Shown here: piece by piece, positions 10,014 through 20,955 of the stretch
How positions within the stretch are numbered: position 1 is the stretch's first letter
Layout: the number at the start of each line of letters is the position of its first letter
NCBI GenBank assembly: GCA_965195285.1
Contig: CBDAFS010000007.1
Span: forward strand, 30,785-94,784
Length of the DNA stretch: 64,000 nt
From: an uncultured Aminicenantes bacterium
Lineage (GTDB): Bacteria > Acidobacteriota > Aminicenantia > UBA2199
Direction: 5' to 3'
The notes under the pieces: generated by a model
What the model was told of the DNA's origin: nothing
Database searches by the model: none
Seen by the model: only the letters and a program-made list of their open reading frames with translations
Position numbers and translations under genes: made by a program

Positions 10014-12458
10014 ATGGATATCATAGATGAGATCAAAGAAAAAATAGAAGATGTAACCATCGAAAATGAGATGCAAACTTCTTATCTGGATTATTCCATG
10101 AGTGTTATTATCGGCAGGGCCATTCCGGACATACGGGATGGTTTGAAACCGGTACACCGAAGAACCCTCTATTCGCTTTATCAGACCGGTACACTTTATA
10201 ACCGCCCTTATAAAAAATCAGCTCGTATTGTTGGAGATGTAATCGGTAAATACCATCCACATGGAGATTCGGCTGTCTATGATACCCTGGCCCGGATGGC
10301 GCAGGATTTTTCTATGAGATATACGTTGGTTGACGGACAAGGCAATTTTGGATCTATTGATGGAGATCCCCCGGCTGCCATGAGATATACCGAAGTAAGG
10401 CTGGATAAAATATCCAATGCGCTCATCACTGATATTGATAAAAACACAGTTGATTTTAATCCTACCTATGATGGGACCATGGTTGAACCTTCGGTCTTTC
10501 CTTCACTGCTTCCCATGTTGATGTTGAATGGAAGTTCCGGTATCGCAGTCGGAATGGCAACTTCGATTCCCCCACATAACCTGAAGGAGCTGATTGATAC
10601 GGTAAATTATTTTATTGATAACCGTGATGCCAGTATTGAAGAATTAATGGATATACTGCAGGGCCCTGATTTTCCAACCGGAGGATTTATTTTTGGTAAG
10701 ACATCCATTCGAAATGCCTATAAAACCGGTAGAGGAACCATTGTGGTTCGGGCCAAAGCGGTTATTGAATCCGATGGAAAGGGCAGACAGAAGATTGTAA
10801 TCACTGAAATTCCCTATCAGACCAATAAAGCAAGAATACTGGAAAATATTGCTCTTCTCGTAAAGAGCAGAAAAATAAATGGGATTTCTGATTTACGGGA
10901 TGAATCGGATAGGGAAGGCATGAGAATTGTGGTAGAAGTAAAACGAGACGAGATCCCTGAGGTAATTCTAAACTCGCTTTATAAGTATACTCAGTTGCAG
11001 AGCAGTTTTTCCGTTAATCTTCTGGCCATTGTAAATCAACAACCAAAACAGTTTAATTTAATCGATTACCTCAATTATTTTTTGGGTCATAGGAGGGAAA
11101 TCGTCCGGAGACGTTCAAAATTCGAACTTGAAAAAGCTGAACGCAGGGCTCATATCATTGAAGGTTTGAAAATTGCTCTGAACCAACTGGACCTGGTTAT
11201 AAAACTCATCAGAGGGTCCAAAGACCGAACCGAGGCTAAAGCGAGTCTCTTGAACAAATTGACTTTAACCGAAATCCAGGTGGATGCCATCCTGGATATG
11301 CAATTATACCGCCTTACTGGACTGGAGATTGACAAGTTGGAAGCAGAATATGTGGATCTCTTGAAACAGATGAATTATCTGAAAGAAATATTATCCAGTG
11401 AACATATTTTAATGAATCTGATAAAAAAAGAACTTGAAAAAATCAGCGATCAGTTCACAGATGACAGACGTACAACTATCATTGAACACGATTTATCTGA
11501 AATCAATATCGAAGACTTGATCAAAGATGAAGATTTTGTGATTATTTACACCGAAAAAGGGTATATTAAACGTACGACTCTGAGCTCATATAAGATTCAA
11601 CACCGGGGAACGATTGGCAAGCGCGGATTCGGCTTGAAAGAGGAAGATGTTATCTCAAGGTGCTTTGTTGCCTCTGCTCATGATTACGTCCTGGTTTTTA
11701 CTGAAAAAGGAAGGATCTTCTGGATTAAGGTATATGATCTGCCCGAGGGTGATGCAATTGCAAGGGGAAAACCCCTGAATCGTTTGATTGGAATCGAAGG
11801 GGAAGAAAAAGTGTGTTCGGTAATTAATGTAAAGGGATTTCCCAAGGATCAATATGTGATGCTCTTTTCCAGGAAGGGCTATATTAAAAAAACTTCACTG
11901 GCTGCTTTTTCAAAACCCCGAATAATCGGTATCATTGCTGCTGATGTTCCAGACGGAGACTCACTTTTTGAAGCTCAGATCACCAATGGGGACAATGAAA
12001 TCATTCTGGGTACCAACCTGGGAAAATCATTGAAGTTCAATGAAAAAGATGTTCGGGAAATGGGGAGAAGCGCCCGAGGGGTAATTGGAATCCGGCTGGA
12101 TAAGAAGGATTTTCTGGTTGGAGCAGATATAATCGGGGACAAGGTGAAATATATTCTGACCGTTACTGAAAAAGGGTATGGGAAAAAGTCAGATCTTGAT
12201 CTTTATCGCCTGCAGAACCGGGGTGGTAAGGGTTTGATAAATATTCGGATAAATGAAAAACTGGGTAAGGTCATTGGACTGGTTACACTGGGAGAAAATG
12301 ATGAAATTCTGTTATCTTCCGAAAGGGGAATTATTAATAAGCAGACTTCTTCCCGGATTAGATCACAGGGAAGGGCTACCCAGGGTGTGAAAATCATTAA
12401 TTTAAGAAGCGGAGATAAACTGGTTTCCCTCGAAAAAGTCCGAATTGATACCACCTAA
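10014..12458 (+). CDS. gyrA: DNA gyrase subunit A
   Basis: [27 protein letters not shown] catalytic Tyr, GyrA-box-like QHRGTIG, beta-pinwheel CTD. Confidence 0.97.
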   Translation: MDIIDEIKEKIEDVTIENEMQTSYLDYSMSVIIGRAIPDIRDGLKPVHRRTLYSLYQTGTLYNRPYKKSARIVGDVIGKYHPHGDSAVYDTLARMAQDFSMRYTLVDGQGNFGSIDGDPPAAMRYTEVRLDKISNALITDIDKNTVDFNPTYDGTMVEPSVFPSLLPMLMLNGSSGIAVGMATSIPPHNLKELIDTVNYFIDNRDASIEELMDILQGPDFPTGGFIFGKTSIRNAYKTGRGTIVVRAKAVIESDGKGRQKIVITEIPYQTNKARILENIALLVKSRKINGISDLRDESDREGMRIVVEVKRDEIPEVILNSLYKYTQLQSSFSVNLLAIVNQQPKQFNLIDYLNYFLGHRREIVRRRSKFELEKAERRAHIIEGLKIALNQLDLVIKLIRGSKDRTEAKASLLNKLTLTEIQVDAILDMQLYRLTGLEIDKLEAEYVDLLKQMNYLKEILSSEHILMNLIKKELEKISDQFTDDRRTTIIEHDLSEINIEDLIKDEDFVIIYTEKGYIKRTTLSSYKIQHRGTIGKRGFGLKEEDVISRCFVASAHDYVLVFTEKGRIFWIKVYDLPEGDAIARGKPLNRLIGIEGEEKVCSVINVKGFPKDQYVMLFSRKGYIKKTSLAAFSKPRIIGIIAADVPDGDSLFEAQITNGDNEIILGTNLGKSLKFNEKDVREMGRSARGVIGIRLDKKDFLVGADIIGDKVKYILTVTEKGYGKKSDLDLYRLQNRGGKGLINIRINEKLGKVIGLVTLGENDEILLSSERGIINKQTSSRIRSQGRATQGVKIINLRSGDKLVSLEKVRIDTT

Positions 12459-12500
12459 TTGAATTTGTATTGTTAAGGTTTACCCGATTAGCATACTGAG

Positions 12501-13058
12501 ATGAGGAAAACGGAAAATATAGAAATTATTGAAACCCATAAAAGATATCCATTATCTTATATTCTAATATATAATGGATTAACCGTTATTCATTTTTTAC
12601 TGGGGGGGATGGGTATCATATATGGATATAACTTCACCGGGGCCGGAAAATTGATTGGATATTTCTATCTGGCTTTTGCTTTTGTTCAGATGTATGTGGT
12701 CATGCCCCTGAAAGTATGTCCGGCCTGTGTATATCACAGCAAAAATAAATCCCGATGCATAAGCGGTTTGAATATCATCTCAAAAAGGGTATTACATTGT
12801 AAAGGGACAAAAGATCTCTCCAAAAGGGGAAAAGGCCTGTTATGCCACAACCATTTGTATATGATTGCTCTGGTTATTCCGGTTATTTTTATGCTTCATG
12901 CCCTGGTTTTTAATTTTTCATTTTTTTTACTTTTTTTATTGTTGGTTTTAATCAGCGTATTGTTGCTCCGGGTATTGATCATTATTCCAAAAATGGCCTG
13001 TATTCACTGTATGGCCAAAGACAAATGCCCCAATGCCGAGGCCAGGGGTATATTTTGA
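12501..13058 (+). CDS. Cys/His-rich 4-TM hypothetical membrane protein
   Basis: Four hydrophobic segments; CPACVYH...C, CHNH and CIHC....CP clusters. Confidence 0.75.
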   Translation: MRKTENIEIIETHKRYPLSYILIYNGLTVIHFLLGGMGIIYGYNFTGAGKLIGYFYLAFAFVQMYVVMPLKVCPACVYHSKNKSRCISGLNIISKRVLHCKGTKDLSKRGKGLLCHNHLYMIALVIPVIFMLHALVFNFSFFLLFLLLVLISVLLLRVLIIIPKMACIHCMAKDKCPNAEARGIF

Positions 13059-13134
13059 ATGGCTACGCTTTTCGTGATAAAATAGGTTTTAATGATTGTG
13101 CCGGTCTTTTTATTGGCAGAGGAGACAGATGTAA

Positions 13135-13857
13135 ATGTTTTTTCCCATAAAAGACTATAATCCCACCCGCAACGTTTCATATATTACCATTGTATTAATT
13201 GCAATTAATATAACCGTGTTTGTTTATCAAGCAGTGATTTCAGATTTGAATTTAAATGTGTTTAAAAATGCCATGATTCCTTGGGAAATTACCCATATGA
13301 AGACGATTGAAAGTCCTGTTGGGATTGAGGTACAAGATCAATATGGATACACGCAGAGACAACTGATTTATAGAGAAATTTCTCCTTTTCTGACTTTGTT
13401 CACTTCGATGTTTATGCACGGATCGATTTTACATCTCTTCGGGAACATGCTTTTTTTATGGATTTTCGGAAATAATATTGAAGATTATCTGGGAAAAATC
13501 AAATTCATACTTTTTTATCTTTTATCCGGTCTGGGTGCCAGCCTGGTTCATATCATATTTCATTCCAATTCCATGACACCTGTGATTGGAGCCAGCGGGG
13601 CTGTATCCGGTGTGATGGGGGCCTACCTGATCCTTTTCCCAACCGCCAGGGTCCGAACCCTGGTTTTTGTGTTTATATTTATCACTTTTGTCGATATTCC
13701 GGCATTTATTTTCTTGATTGTCTGGTTTATATTTCAATTTTTATATGCGGGTGGTGAAGGTGTGGCCTGGCTTGCACACGTCGGGGGATTCTTGATAGGA
13801 CTACTTTTGATAAAATGGTGGCGTCAGAAAAAGCCAAAAATTGAATTAATTGAATAA
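13135..13857 (+). CDS. rhomboid family intramembrane serine protease
   Basis: SMFMHG..HLFGNM, GASG catalytic Ser, AWLAHVGG catalytic His. Confidence 0.95.
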   Translation: MFFPIKDYNPTRNVSYITIVLIAINITVFVYQAVISDLNLNVFKNAMIPWEITHMKTIESPVGIEVQDQYGYTQRQLIYREISPFLTLFTSMFMHGSILHLFGNMLFLWIFGNNIEDYLGKIKFILFYLLSGLGASLVHIIFHSNSMTPVIGASGAVSGVMGAYLILFPTARVRTLVFVFIFITFVDIPAFIFLIVWFIFQFLYAGGEGVAWLAHVGGFLIGLLLIKWWRQKKPKIELIE

Positions 13858-13911
13858 TTGACGATCCATAATTTGTCTTTGACCAATATTGCAGAGATTA
13901 CGGGCATTTGG

Positions 13912-13940
13912 TTGACAAACAAAAAATTGTTTTTTAAAAT
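13912..13940 (+). promoter_or_regulatory. sigma70 promoter of the RidA gene
   Basis: TTGACA-17-TAAAAT. Confidence 0.75.
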
Positions 13941-13964
13941 TGATCTACAGAAAGGGCAACTTCC

Positions 13965-14345
13965 ATGAACAAAGATCTGATCAATACCAAAAGGGCACCC
14001 AGCGCCATTGGCCCCTATTCTCAGGGAATACGGAAAGGGGAGTTCGTTTTCCTCTCTATGCAAATAGGGATTGATCCCGTGACCCAACAATTGGTCAATG
14101 GCGGAGTTAAATCTCAAACCAGGCAGATTTTTGACAATATTACAGAGATTCTAAATCAGGCTGGCACTCATCTAAATCAGGTGGTGAAAACCACAGTATT
14201 TATCAAGGAAATGAAATATTTCAAACCTGTTAATGATATCTATACTCAGTATTTCGATATACCCTACCCGGCAAGATCGGTTGTTGGCGTCAACGATCTT
14301 CCCTTATCTGCTGAGATTGCAATAGATATAATTGCCATTAGATAA
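13965..14345 (+). CDS. ridA: RidA/YjgF/UK114 reactive intermediate deaminase
   Basis: APSAIGPYSQG, VVKTTVF, PARS.V.V..LP. Confidence 0.9.
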   Translation: MNKDLINTKRAPSAIGPYSQGIRKGEFVFLSMQIGIDPVTQQLVNGGVKSQTRQIFDNITEILNQAGTHLNQVVKTTVFIKEMKYFKPVNDIYTQYFDIPYPARSVVGVNDLPLSAEIAIDIIAIR

Positions 14346-14395
14346 ATGAATCAAAGAGTGATCATTTCTGGTTTCGATCAAATCGAGGAGAAGAG

Positions 14396-15256
14396 GTGAC
14401 AAATATAGCAAATTTACTCTTAAGTTTGCAGGAAGAGTTGGGTAAATCCCCGGATAAGGATAAGGCCGATCGGGTCATTAAAAGAATCGTGGCTTTTTAT
14501 ATGGATAATTTGGGAGTACAGGAAGATGAAGTCGCGATTTTTTTTCCCAACAAACAAAAAACCGCCTTGTCATTTGTTTATCCGACCTATCTTGTCAATT
14601 CAGGGATTATTTCTATTGAATCACCGGATGCGATTGTTTCTCAGATTTATCGTACCGGAAAACCTTTTATTGATAATAAATTCTTAGAGAAGGAGCATTT
14701 ATCGGTTTTTGAATTCGTTAAAACACCTCAGAGCGAAACCAAGCTTATCTGGAAAATGATCGGGACTGTAATTTCCTATAAAGGAGAAAAAATCGGGGTC
14801 ATTGAAATCTCAAAAAGGCGAAGCGCCTTCTCTGATGTAGGTTCCGATTTTACCAAGGAAAATTTGAAGTTCCTTGAGCAATCAATTTTACAGTTGAATC
14901 AAGTATTCAAGAACCTATATGATGATATTTTCAGACAAAAACGAGAAAAAGTGAAAAGAGACTTGGCCTTACTGGCAGAAATCATTCGCTGGAGAAGGAA
15001 ACTTAATGATGGTGATTGTATAAAGTTCCGAAATATTTATCTGGGATTGATAAATATTTGTAAGGGATATGTGATTCATAAAAATTCCCTTGATCGGATT
15101 GAAGTGAAGTTTACTTCCGGTAATTGCAAAGAATACATGGTCGTATCAATAGACTCCCTGTGGCCTTGCTCCTGGGATAAAAACAAGATGAAAAGGGCTT
15201 CCAATGTGTATAAAAGACTTAAAAAACTCAGTAAGATTATTCGGGATACCGATTGA
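14396..15256 (+). CDS. GAF-like domain protein with an unknown basic C-terminal region
   Basis: GAF-like pattern (...IGTVISYKGEKIGVIEIS...DFTKENLKFL). GTG start with GAGGAG SD. Confidence 0.6.
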   Translation: MTNIANLLLSLQEELGKSPDKDKADRVIKRIVAFYMDNLGVQEDEVAIFFPNKQKTALSFVYPTYLVNSGIISIESPDAIVSQIYRTGKPFIDNKFLEKEHLSVFEFVKTPQSETKLIWKMIGTVISYKGEKIGVIEISKRRSAFSDVGSDFTKENLKFLEQSILQLNQVFKNLYDDIFRQKREKVKRDLALLAEIIRWRRKLNDGDCIKFRNIYLGLINICKGYVIHKNSLDRIEVKFTSGNCKEYMVVSIDSLWPCSWDKNKMKRASNVYKRLKKLSKIIRDTD

Positions 15257-15273
15257 GCTGTTGAGGTTTTGCT

Positions 15274-16008
15274 GTGTGTTTAATGGAAGTTCGTAACCTC
15301 AACGTTTCGCTTCGAGGAAGTGCTTTTCCTATCTTAAAAAGCATTCATGTAAAAATAAAACCCCATTGTATTACCGCTTTGATCGGGGAATCCGGTTCTG
15401 GAAAAACGATTTTTTCGCGAACAATTTCGGGATTACTTCCGGAAAATATGGTTATTGATTCCGGATTTTTCTATTTTAAGCACAAAATAATTTCCTATCA
15501 ATGGATTCAGAAAAATAGGGGGCGGACAATTTTTTACACACCTCAAAATGCAGCGGCTTCTTTAAATCCCATTATAAAAATCAAAACCCAATTAAAGGAG
15601 GTTTCCAGAAGCGGAGCCGAACCCATTGATAAAATTTTAAATAATCTATCCCTGCGGGATTCTCAAAGAATTTTAAATGCCTATCCTTTTGAATTAAGTG
15701 GAGGAGAAAATCAACGATGCCTACTGGCCATGGCTATTGCCCTGACTCCTCAATTGTTAATTCTGGATGAGCCTGTAACGTCGGTGGATGGTCAGTTTCG
15801 AAAAAGTTTTATCGGCTATATTCAGAAAATAAAATCCAAATACCATATGACCATCTTGATGATTACCCATAACTTGGCATTGATTGAACATATTGCCGAT
15901 TATATTTATATCATGTATGGTGGCCAGATTGTAGAGTCGGGCACCTTTGATGATCTTATTTGCCAACCAAGGCATGCCTATACCAAAGAAATAGTTTCAT
16001 ATCTTTAA
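15274..16008 (+). CDS. OppD/DppD-type ABC ATPase (orphan)
   Basis: GESGSGKT, YPFELSGGENQR, LILDEP, ITHNL, HAYTK. Confidence 0.88.
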   Translation: MCLMEVRNLNVSLRGSAFPILKSIHVKIKPHCITALIGESGSGKTIFSRTISGLLPENMVIDSGFFYFKHKIISYQWIQKNRGRTIFYTPQNAAASLNPIIKIKTQLKEVSRSGAEPIDKILNNLSLRDSQRILNAYPFELSGGENQRCLLAMAIALTPQLLILDEPVTSVDGQFRKSFIGYIQKIKSKYHMTILMITHNLALIEHIADYIYIMYGGQIVESGTFDDLICQPRHAYTKEIVSYL

Positions 16009-16034
16009 TAACCCGGCTTTGGTTAACCGGTTCA

Positions 16035-16496
16035 TTATATTAGTTGATCTTTCTGCTTAAAAATATTGATTATGTCCTGAGGATTTTGGGCTTTTTTCAT
16101 GGTTTCTACAATATCTGTAGAAGAAACCAGCCGGGCGATATGAGCTAATGATTTTAAATGGAGGCCGACTTCTCTTTCATCACTCATAATTAAAAAGACC
16201 AGATATACTTTTTGGTTATCTGGAGATTTAAAATCCATTCCCTCTTTTATTAATGACAGGAAAAAAGTGAAGTCAGAAAATTCATCTGAAAAGATATGGG
16301 GGGCAGCCGAACCTTTTCCAATTGCGGTGGATTGAACACTTTCTCTTTTTATGAAAAGGAGTTTGATTTTTTCAGTATTTTTTATGATTTCATTTTTTTT
16401 TAGAAATTTTGAAAAATCATTGTAAAAACTGTCGGTATCAGGATAGTGATCAGCGACAAATATGTTTTCGTTTTTTAAAATCCCCGTCAAATTCAT
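16035..16496 (-). CDS. PTS EIIA (Ntr/fructose-type) domain protein
   Basis: RE...STAIGKG.AAPH phospho-His motif, HLKSLAHIAR. Confidence 0.88.
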   Translation of the reverse strand: MNLTGILKNENIFVADHYPDTDSFYNDFSKFLKKNEIIKNTEKIKLLFIKRESVQSTAIGKGSAAPHIFSDEFSDFTFFLSLIKEGMDFKSPDNQKVYLVFLIMSDEREVGLHLKSLAHIARLVSSTDIVETMKKAQNPQDIINIFKQKDQLI

Positions 16497-16867
16497 TGCA
16501 TTCTCCTTTTCAAATCATCGGAGGTTTCGAAAATTTTATCTTTTCCCGCGGAAATGAGGAAAATTTCCATTTCATCCTCCATTTGAATTTTGTATTTTTG
16601 CCCCCAAGCATCCAAACATTCCGCTTCGGTTCTGAGATAAAGGGGGATCAGTTCGTCCAGCGACCGGGGATATTTTCCGGAATCAGAATAAAAAGTATTT
16701 ATGGCAGTGGAAATGTGCCTTATATCCGAATCTAAAATTAATTTATCTACTTTCTGACCGGCGTTCAGCATTTTCTGGGGCAGGTTTTCCTTTTTGGAAA
16801 AAAATCCGGTTTGTATGGCAACAATAACCAGAAAAGCCAGCAATATTACCAAAAGTATGCCTCTCAT
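16493..16867 (-). CDS. membrane-anchored GspG/pseudopilin-like domain protein
   Basis: N-terminal TM; AINTFYSDSGKYPRSLDEL, DAWGQKY, LISAGKDKIFETSDD (T2SS G-type fold motifs). No prepilin G|F site. Confidence 0.75.
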   Translation of the reverse strand: MRGILLVILLAFLVIVAIQTGFFSKKENLPQKMLNAGQKVDKLILDSDIRHISTAINTFYSDSGKYPRSLDELIPLYLRTEAECLDAWGQKYKIQMEDEMEIFLISAGKDKIFETSDDLKRRMQ

Positions 16868-16951
16868 AAAAATATTTTAAAACATAAAAAAAAAAATAAC
16901 AATATAGAAACATAAATTTAACTATGCCAATAAAAATGATATAATAGCCAT

Positions 16952-17437
16952 ATGGATTCACAGCCAAAAAATGAAATGATCTTTTCCATTCTGAAAGAGC
17001 TGGAAATTTTTTCTGATTTGGATGAAAGCGCATTGATAACCTTAAGCCACTTGTTTGAAGAGAAGGAGTATCTTCAGAATAGAATCATTTTTGAAGAGGG
17101 GAGTATCGGGACCTCGATGATGATCATTGCCCAGGGCAAGGTCAGGGTATCCCAGAAGGCCAACCAGGAAACGGAAGAAGCATTGAAAATTTTGCATACC
17201 GGGGAGGTGTTCGGTGAAATGGCCTTACTGGAAGATTTGCCCAGATCTGCAGCCATAATCGCTCATACCAATGTGATTATCATTTCCGTTGATCGGTCCA
17301 ATTTCTTAAAATTCCTGGAGCAGGATTGCAGAAATGGATTGAAAATCATGATCAAATTGGCCAAAACATTGTCCTCACGTTTGCGAGAAGCCGATGTCAA
17401 ACTCAAGACCTTTGTAAACCTTACTCAGTGGATATGA
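16952..17437 (+). CDS. stand-alone cyclic nucleotide-binding domain protein
   Basis: IFEEGSIG..M, GEVFGEMALL...PRSA. Confidence 0.9.
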   Translation: MDSQPKNEMIFSILKELEIFSDLDESALITLSHLFEEKEYLQNRIIFEEGSIGTSMMIIAQGKVRVSQKANQETEEALKILHTGEVFGEMALLEDLPRSAAIIAHTNVIIISVDRSNFLKFLEQDCRNGLKIMIKLAKTLSSRLREADVKLKTFVNLTQWI

Positions 17438-17498
17438 TTGATTTAAAAGATATTTAATTTTTATTCAAATTTAACCATATAACCATGAAGGAGTCTCA

Positions 17499-20042
17499 AT
17501 GAAAAAAATCAAATTTTTTATTTTTTTTATCATTTCAGTTGCTTCCCTGATTTGGGGAATACAATCACCGGATGATTTTTTAGGATTTAAGCTGGGCAGT
17601 GATAAGAATCTTGCCCGATATAATCAAATAAAACAATATTTTGAAAAAATCGCTCGGGAATCTCCCCGGGTGATCCACTTTAATATCGGGAAAACCACCC
17701 GGAACAATGACATGATCATGGCCGTGATTTCAGATCCGGAAAATTTAAAAAAATTGGATTTGTATAAAGGGATTTGCCGGAAATTGTCGCTTGCTGAAGT
17801 CGATTCAACTGAAGCGGAACAATTATCCCGTAACGGTAAAGCAGTGGTGTTTATTACCTGTAATCTTCATTCAACCGAAATCGGGTCATCTCAAATGGCC
17901 ATGCAGATTCTTTATAAAATGGCTACCGACAATTCAGATGAAATCCGCCGGATCTTGGAAAATGTGATCTTTGTCCTGGTCCCCTCGGTTAATCCCGACG
18001 GGCAGATGATGGTGGTTGACTGGTATAACCGGTATAAGGGCACTCCTTTTGAGGGAGGTAGCCTTCCCTACCTGTACCACTGGTATGCCGGACATGATAA
18101 TAACCGTGACTGGTTTAAAATCAACCTGAAAGAAACATGGAACATTACCAATCAATTGTACTTTCACTGGTTTCCCCAGCTATTGGTAGATGAACATCAG
18201 ATGGGCAGCTCCGGGGATCGGTTTTTTATCCCTCCTTTTCAAGATCCTCCAACGCCCAATGTACATCCTCTGGTGTGGCAAACCATTAACTTGGTGGGAT
18301 CAGGTATTGCTTTTGATCTGGGCAGGTTGAATTATAAGGGGGTGGCCTCCCGGGGATTTTTTACCGGCTGGTGGATTGGTGCATTGGATGATTCGGCCTG
18401 GTTTCACAATATCCCGGGTATTTTGTTTGAGGCAGCCTCGGTTCGGGTGGCCTCCCCGGTCTATATCGAATCCGAAGAAGTCAGAAGCGCTGAAAGTCGG
18501 ATGAATGAAGAACGGATTTTTAGCCCAGATCCCTGGGAGGGAGGATGGTGGAGGCTTCAGGACATTGTTGACTATGAGCTGAATGCCACCCTGTCGGTCC
18601 TCAGATCTGCCGCAATTTATCGACAAGAATTATTGTGGAATTCTTATAAGATGGCAGTGGATAATTTAGAAAAGGGTAAAAATACACCTCCTTTTGCCTA
18701 TATTCTTCCCGTCCAACAGACCGATCCGATCACCGGTGAAAAATTCATTAAAACCTTATTAAAATCGAATATCAGGGTATTTAGATTAATGAAGCCATTA
18801 CAACTGGATTCCTTTCAATTTAAAGCAGGTTCATTTGTAATCCCATTATCCCAGCCCTTCCGTAGTTTTGTCCATAACCTGCTTTCCATTCAACATTACC
18901 CGGATTTGAGAAGGAATGAATCTGAGTCACCTGTATTGCCTTACGATTCTGCCGGATGGACCCTGTCTCTGGGGATGGGTTTGAAAGTTATGGAAATCAA
19001 AAAACCATTTCAAGCTGAAATGAAACAGGTAAAACTTGGTGATGTTTATAAACGACCGTTGCCCTCTGAAATATTTGAATACATTCTGCTTGATTCCCGC
19101 TTTAACAATTCCTATTTGGCCGCAGCCTCCTGTTTACAAAACGGGATATCTGTTTGGCGGAATCAAAAATGGGAAAAATGTTCTCGTGGTTCATTTCTGG
19201 TAAAAAAATCCCAGGCATTGACCATTTTAACAAAGTTGAATCAGATCCATCCCATCGATATCCAGAGTTTTAATCAGGTCCCGATTGATCAATTCAACCG
19301 TTTGAAATCTTTTAAAGTGGGCCTCTATCAGAATTGGGGACACAATATGACCGAAGGCTGGACCCGGTTTGTTTTTGACGAATTCAAAATCCCTTATGAA
19401 ACGGTACATCCCGGCGATTTCTTAAAGAAAAACTTCATAAATGAATATGACGTTCTGGTATTTGTAGGGGTACACAAGAGAACCATTGAATCCGGTCTGC
19501 CACCCAAAAAATGGGAACGGTGGTTTTCTCCATTGCCACCGAAATATAGCAAGGGAATCGGTAAGAAAGGTGAAGCCATTTTGCATAAATTTCTAAAAGC
19601 CGGGAAGACCCTGATTTTCATGGGGGATGGGTGTAACTATGCGATTGAAAAGTTTAAAATGCCGGTAGTCAATATCAAAGAGCAATCGAAGAAAATCCTT
19701 TGCCCCGGCAGTTACCTCAGGGCTCAAGTAAAAGAATCTGATTTGACCCTGGGATTGGAGGGGGATATTGCTGTCTTTTATGAAGAAGATCCGGTTTTTC
19801 GTACTTATTTGCCCAGAAATTATAATGAAACCAGAAAAACCCCGGTTGTTTTCGGCAGACGAAATCTGCTATTATCCGGGTGGTTAGAAGGAGAGGATTT
19901 TCTGCTTAGAAAATCCCTGGTGGTTGATTTCATGAGGGGGAATGGCAGAATCATTTTAATCGGACCGGATATTATCCACCGTGCTCAATCCGAGGGGACC
20001 TATAAGCTTATGTTTAATGCCCTGTTCACAGGTGCTCAATAA
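17499..20042 (+). CDS. secreted M14 zinc carboxypeptidase family protein
   Basis: Signal peptide; HSTE, NPDG, DNNRD, DEHQM zinc motifs; C-terminal GATase-like domain. Confidence 0.88.
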   Translation: MKKIKFFIFFIISVASLIWGIQSPDDFLGFKLGSDKNLARYNQIKQYFEKIARESPRVIHFNIGKTTRNNDMIMAVISDPENLKKLDLYKGICRKLSLAEVDSTEAEQLSRNGKAVVFITCNLHSTEIGSSQMAMQILYKMATDNSDEIRRILENVIFVLVPSVNPDGQMMVVDWYNRYKGTPFEGGSLPYLYHWYAGHDNNRDWFKINLKETWNITNQLYFHWFPQLLVDEHQMGSSGDRFFIPPFQDPPTPNVHPLVWQTINLVGSGIAFDLGRLNYKGVASRGFFTGWWIGALDDSAWFHNIPGILFEAASVRVASPVYIESEEVRSAESRMNEERIFSPDPWEGGWWRLQDIVDYELNATLSVLRSAAIYRQELLWNSYKMAVDNLEKGKNTPPFAYILPVQQTDPITGEKFIKTLLKSNIRVFRLMKPLQLDSFQFKAGSFVIPLSQPFRSFVHNLLSIQHYPDLRRNESESPVLPYDSAGWTLSLGMGLKVMEIKKPFQAEMKQVKLGDVYKRPLPSEIFEYILLDSRFNNSYLAAASCLQNGISVWRNQKWEKCSRGSFLVKKSQALTILTKLNQIHPIDIQSFNQVPIDQFNRLKSFKVGLYQNWGHNMTEGWTRFVFDEFKIPYETVHPGDFLKKNFINEYDVLVFVGVHKRTIESGLPPKKWERWFSPLPPKYSKGIGKKGEAILHKFLKAGKTLIFMGDGCNYAIEKFKMPVVNIKEQSKKILCPGSYLRAQVKESDLTLGLEGDIAVFYEEDPVFRTYLPRNYNETRKTPVVFGRRNLLLSGWLEGEDFLLRKSLVVDFMRGNGRIILIGPDIIHRAQSEGTYKLMFNALFTGAQ

Positions 20043-20954
20043 TTGGATATGGCCCCGCTTTACCAAGGGTTGACTCAACCGGATTGGGAATCCCGAATTG
20101 CTTTTTTCAGGGAATCACACAGTCCATGTCAGTTGTGTCCTCGCAGATGTGGGGCTGACCGGGGAAATGATAAACCCGGAATATGCCAGGCAGCCCAAAA
20201 GGTCAAAATTGCCTCCTTTAGCCTTCACTTTGGAGAGGAACCTCCCATTTCCGGATACCAGGGCTCGGGAACCATTTTTTTTTCCGGTTGCACCCTGAAA
20301 TGCTGTTTTTGTCAAAACTACCCCATTTCACAGTTTTTTAATGGCGAGTATTATGATATCTGTCAACTGGCCGATATCATGCTTCATCTTCAGAAAAAGG
20401 GTGCTCAGAATATAAACCTCGTATCCCCCACTCCATATCTTTACCATTTTGCTGAAGCCCTGTATTCGGCCTCAAAAAGGGGATTGAATATTCCCATTGT
20501 GTATAATACCAGCGGATACGAGAGGATTAATATTATTCAATATTTGAAAGATTTGGTCGATATTTATATGCCGGATTTCAAATATTATGATAATAAAATT
20601 GCCCTTCAATTCTCTGGAGTTAACAACTATATGGAAAATGCACGGGATTCAATAAGTGAGATGTTCAGCCAGGTGGGTGAACTGGTCCTGGACAGTGAAG
20701 GAAGGGGAATAAGGGGTTTGCTTATCCGGCATCTCATTTTACCCGGTCAGGTGCAAGATTCAAAGAATGTGTTGAAAACCATAGCGGAAGACGGCTTAAA
20801 CAATTCCTATCTGAGTCTGATGAGCCAATATTTCCCGGCCTACCAGGCTACTGACACCGTAATAAACCGGCGCATAACCGCAGAAGAGTATAGTAAAGTG
20901 AAGCAATATGCACTGGAACTGGGTTTCGCCAAAGGCTGGTTTCAGGACATATAA
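20043..20954 (+). CDS. radical SAM protein (PflX-like)
   Basis: CQLCPRRC, HFGEEPPISG..GSGTIFF.GCTLKCCFCQN, DIYMPDFKY, RHLILPG. Confidence 0.9.
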   Translation: MDMAPLYQGLTQPDWESRIAFFRESHSPCQLCPRRCGADRGNDKPGICQAAQKVKIASFSLHFGEEPPISGYQGSGTIFFSGCTLKCCFCQNYPISQFFNGEYYDICQLADIMLHLQKKGAQNINLVSPTPYLYHFAEALYSASKRGLNIPIVYNTSGYERINIIQYLKDLVDIYMPDFKYYDNKIALQFSGVNNYMENARDSISEMFSQVGELVLDSEGRGIRGLLIRHLILPGQVQDSKNVLKTIAEDGLNNSYLSLMSQYFPAYQATDTVINRRITAEEYSKVKQYALELGFAKGWFQDI

Positions 20955-20955
20955 T

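Noticed and set aside
10014-12458. ParC (topoisomerase IV) identity because of the atypical GyrA box QHRGTIG
   Set aside because: Position in dnaA-dnaN-recF-gyrB-gyrA and a full-length CTD support gyrase.
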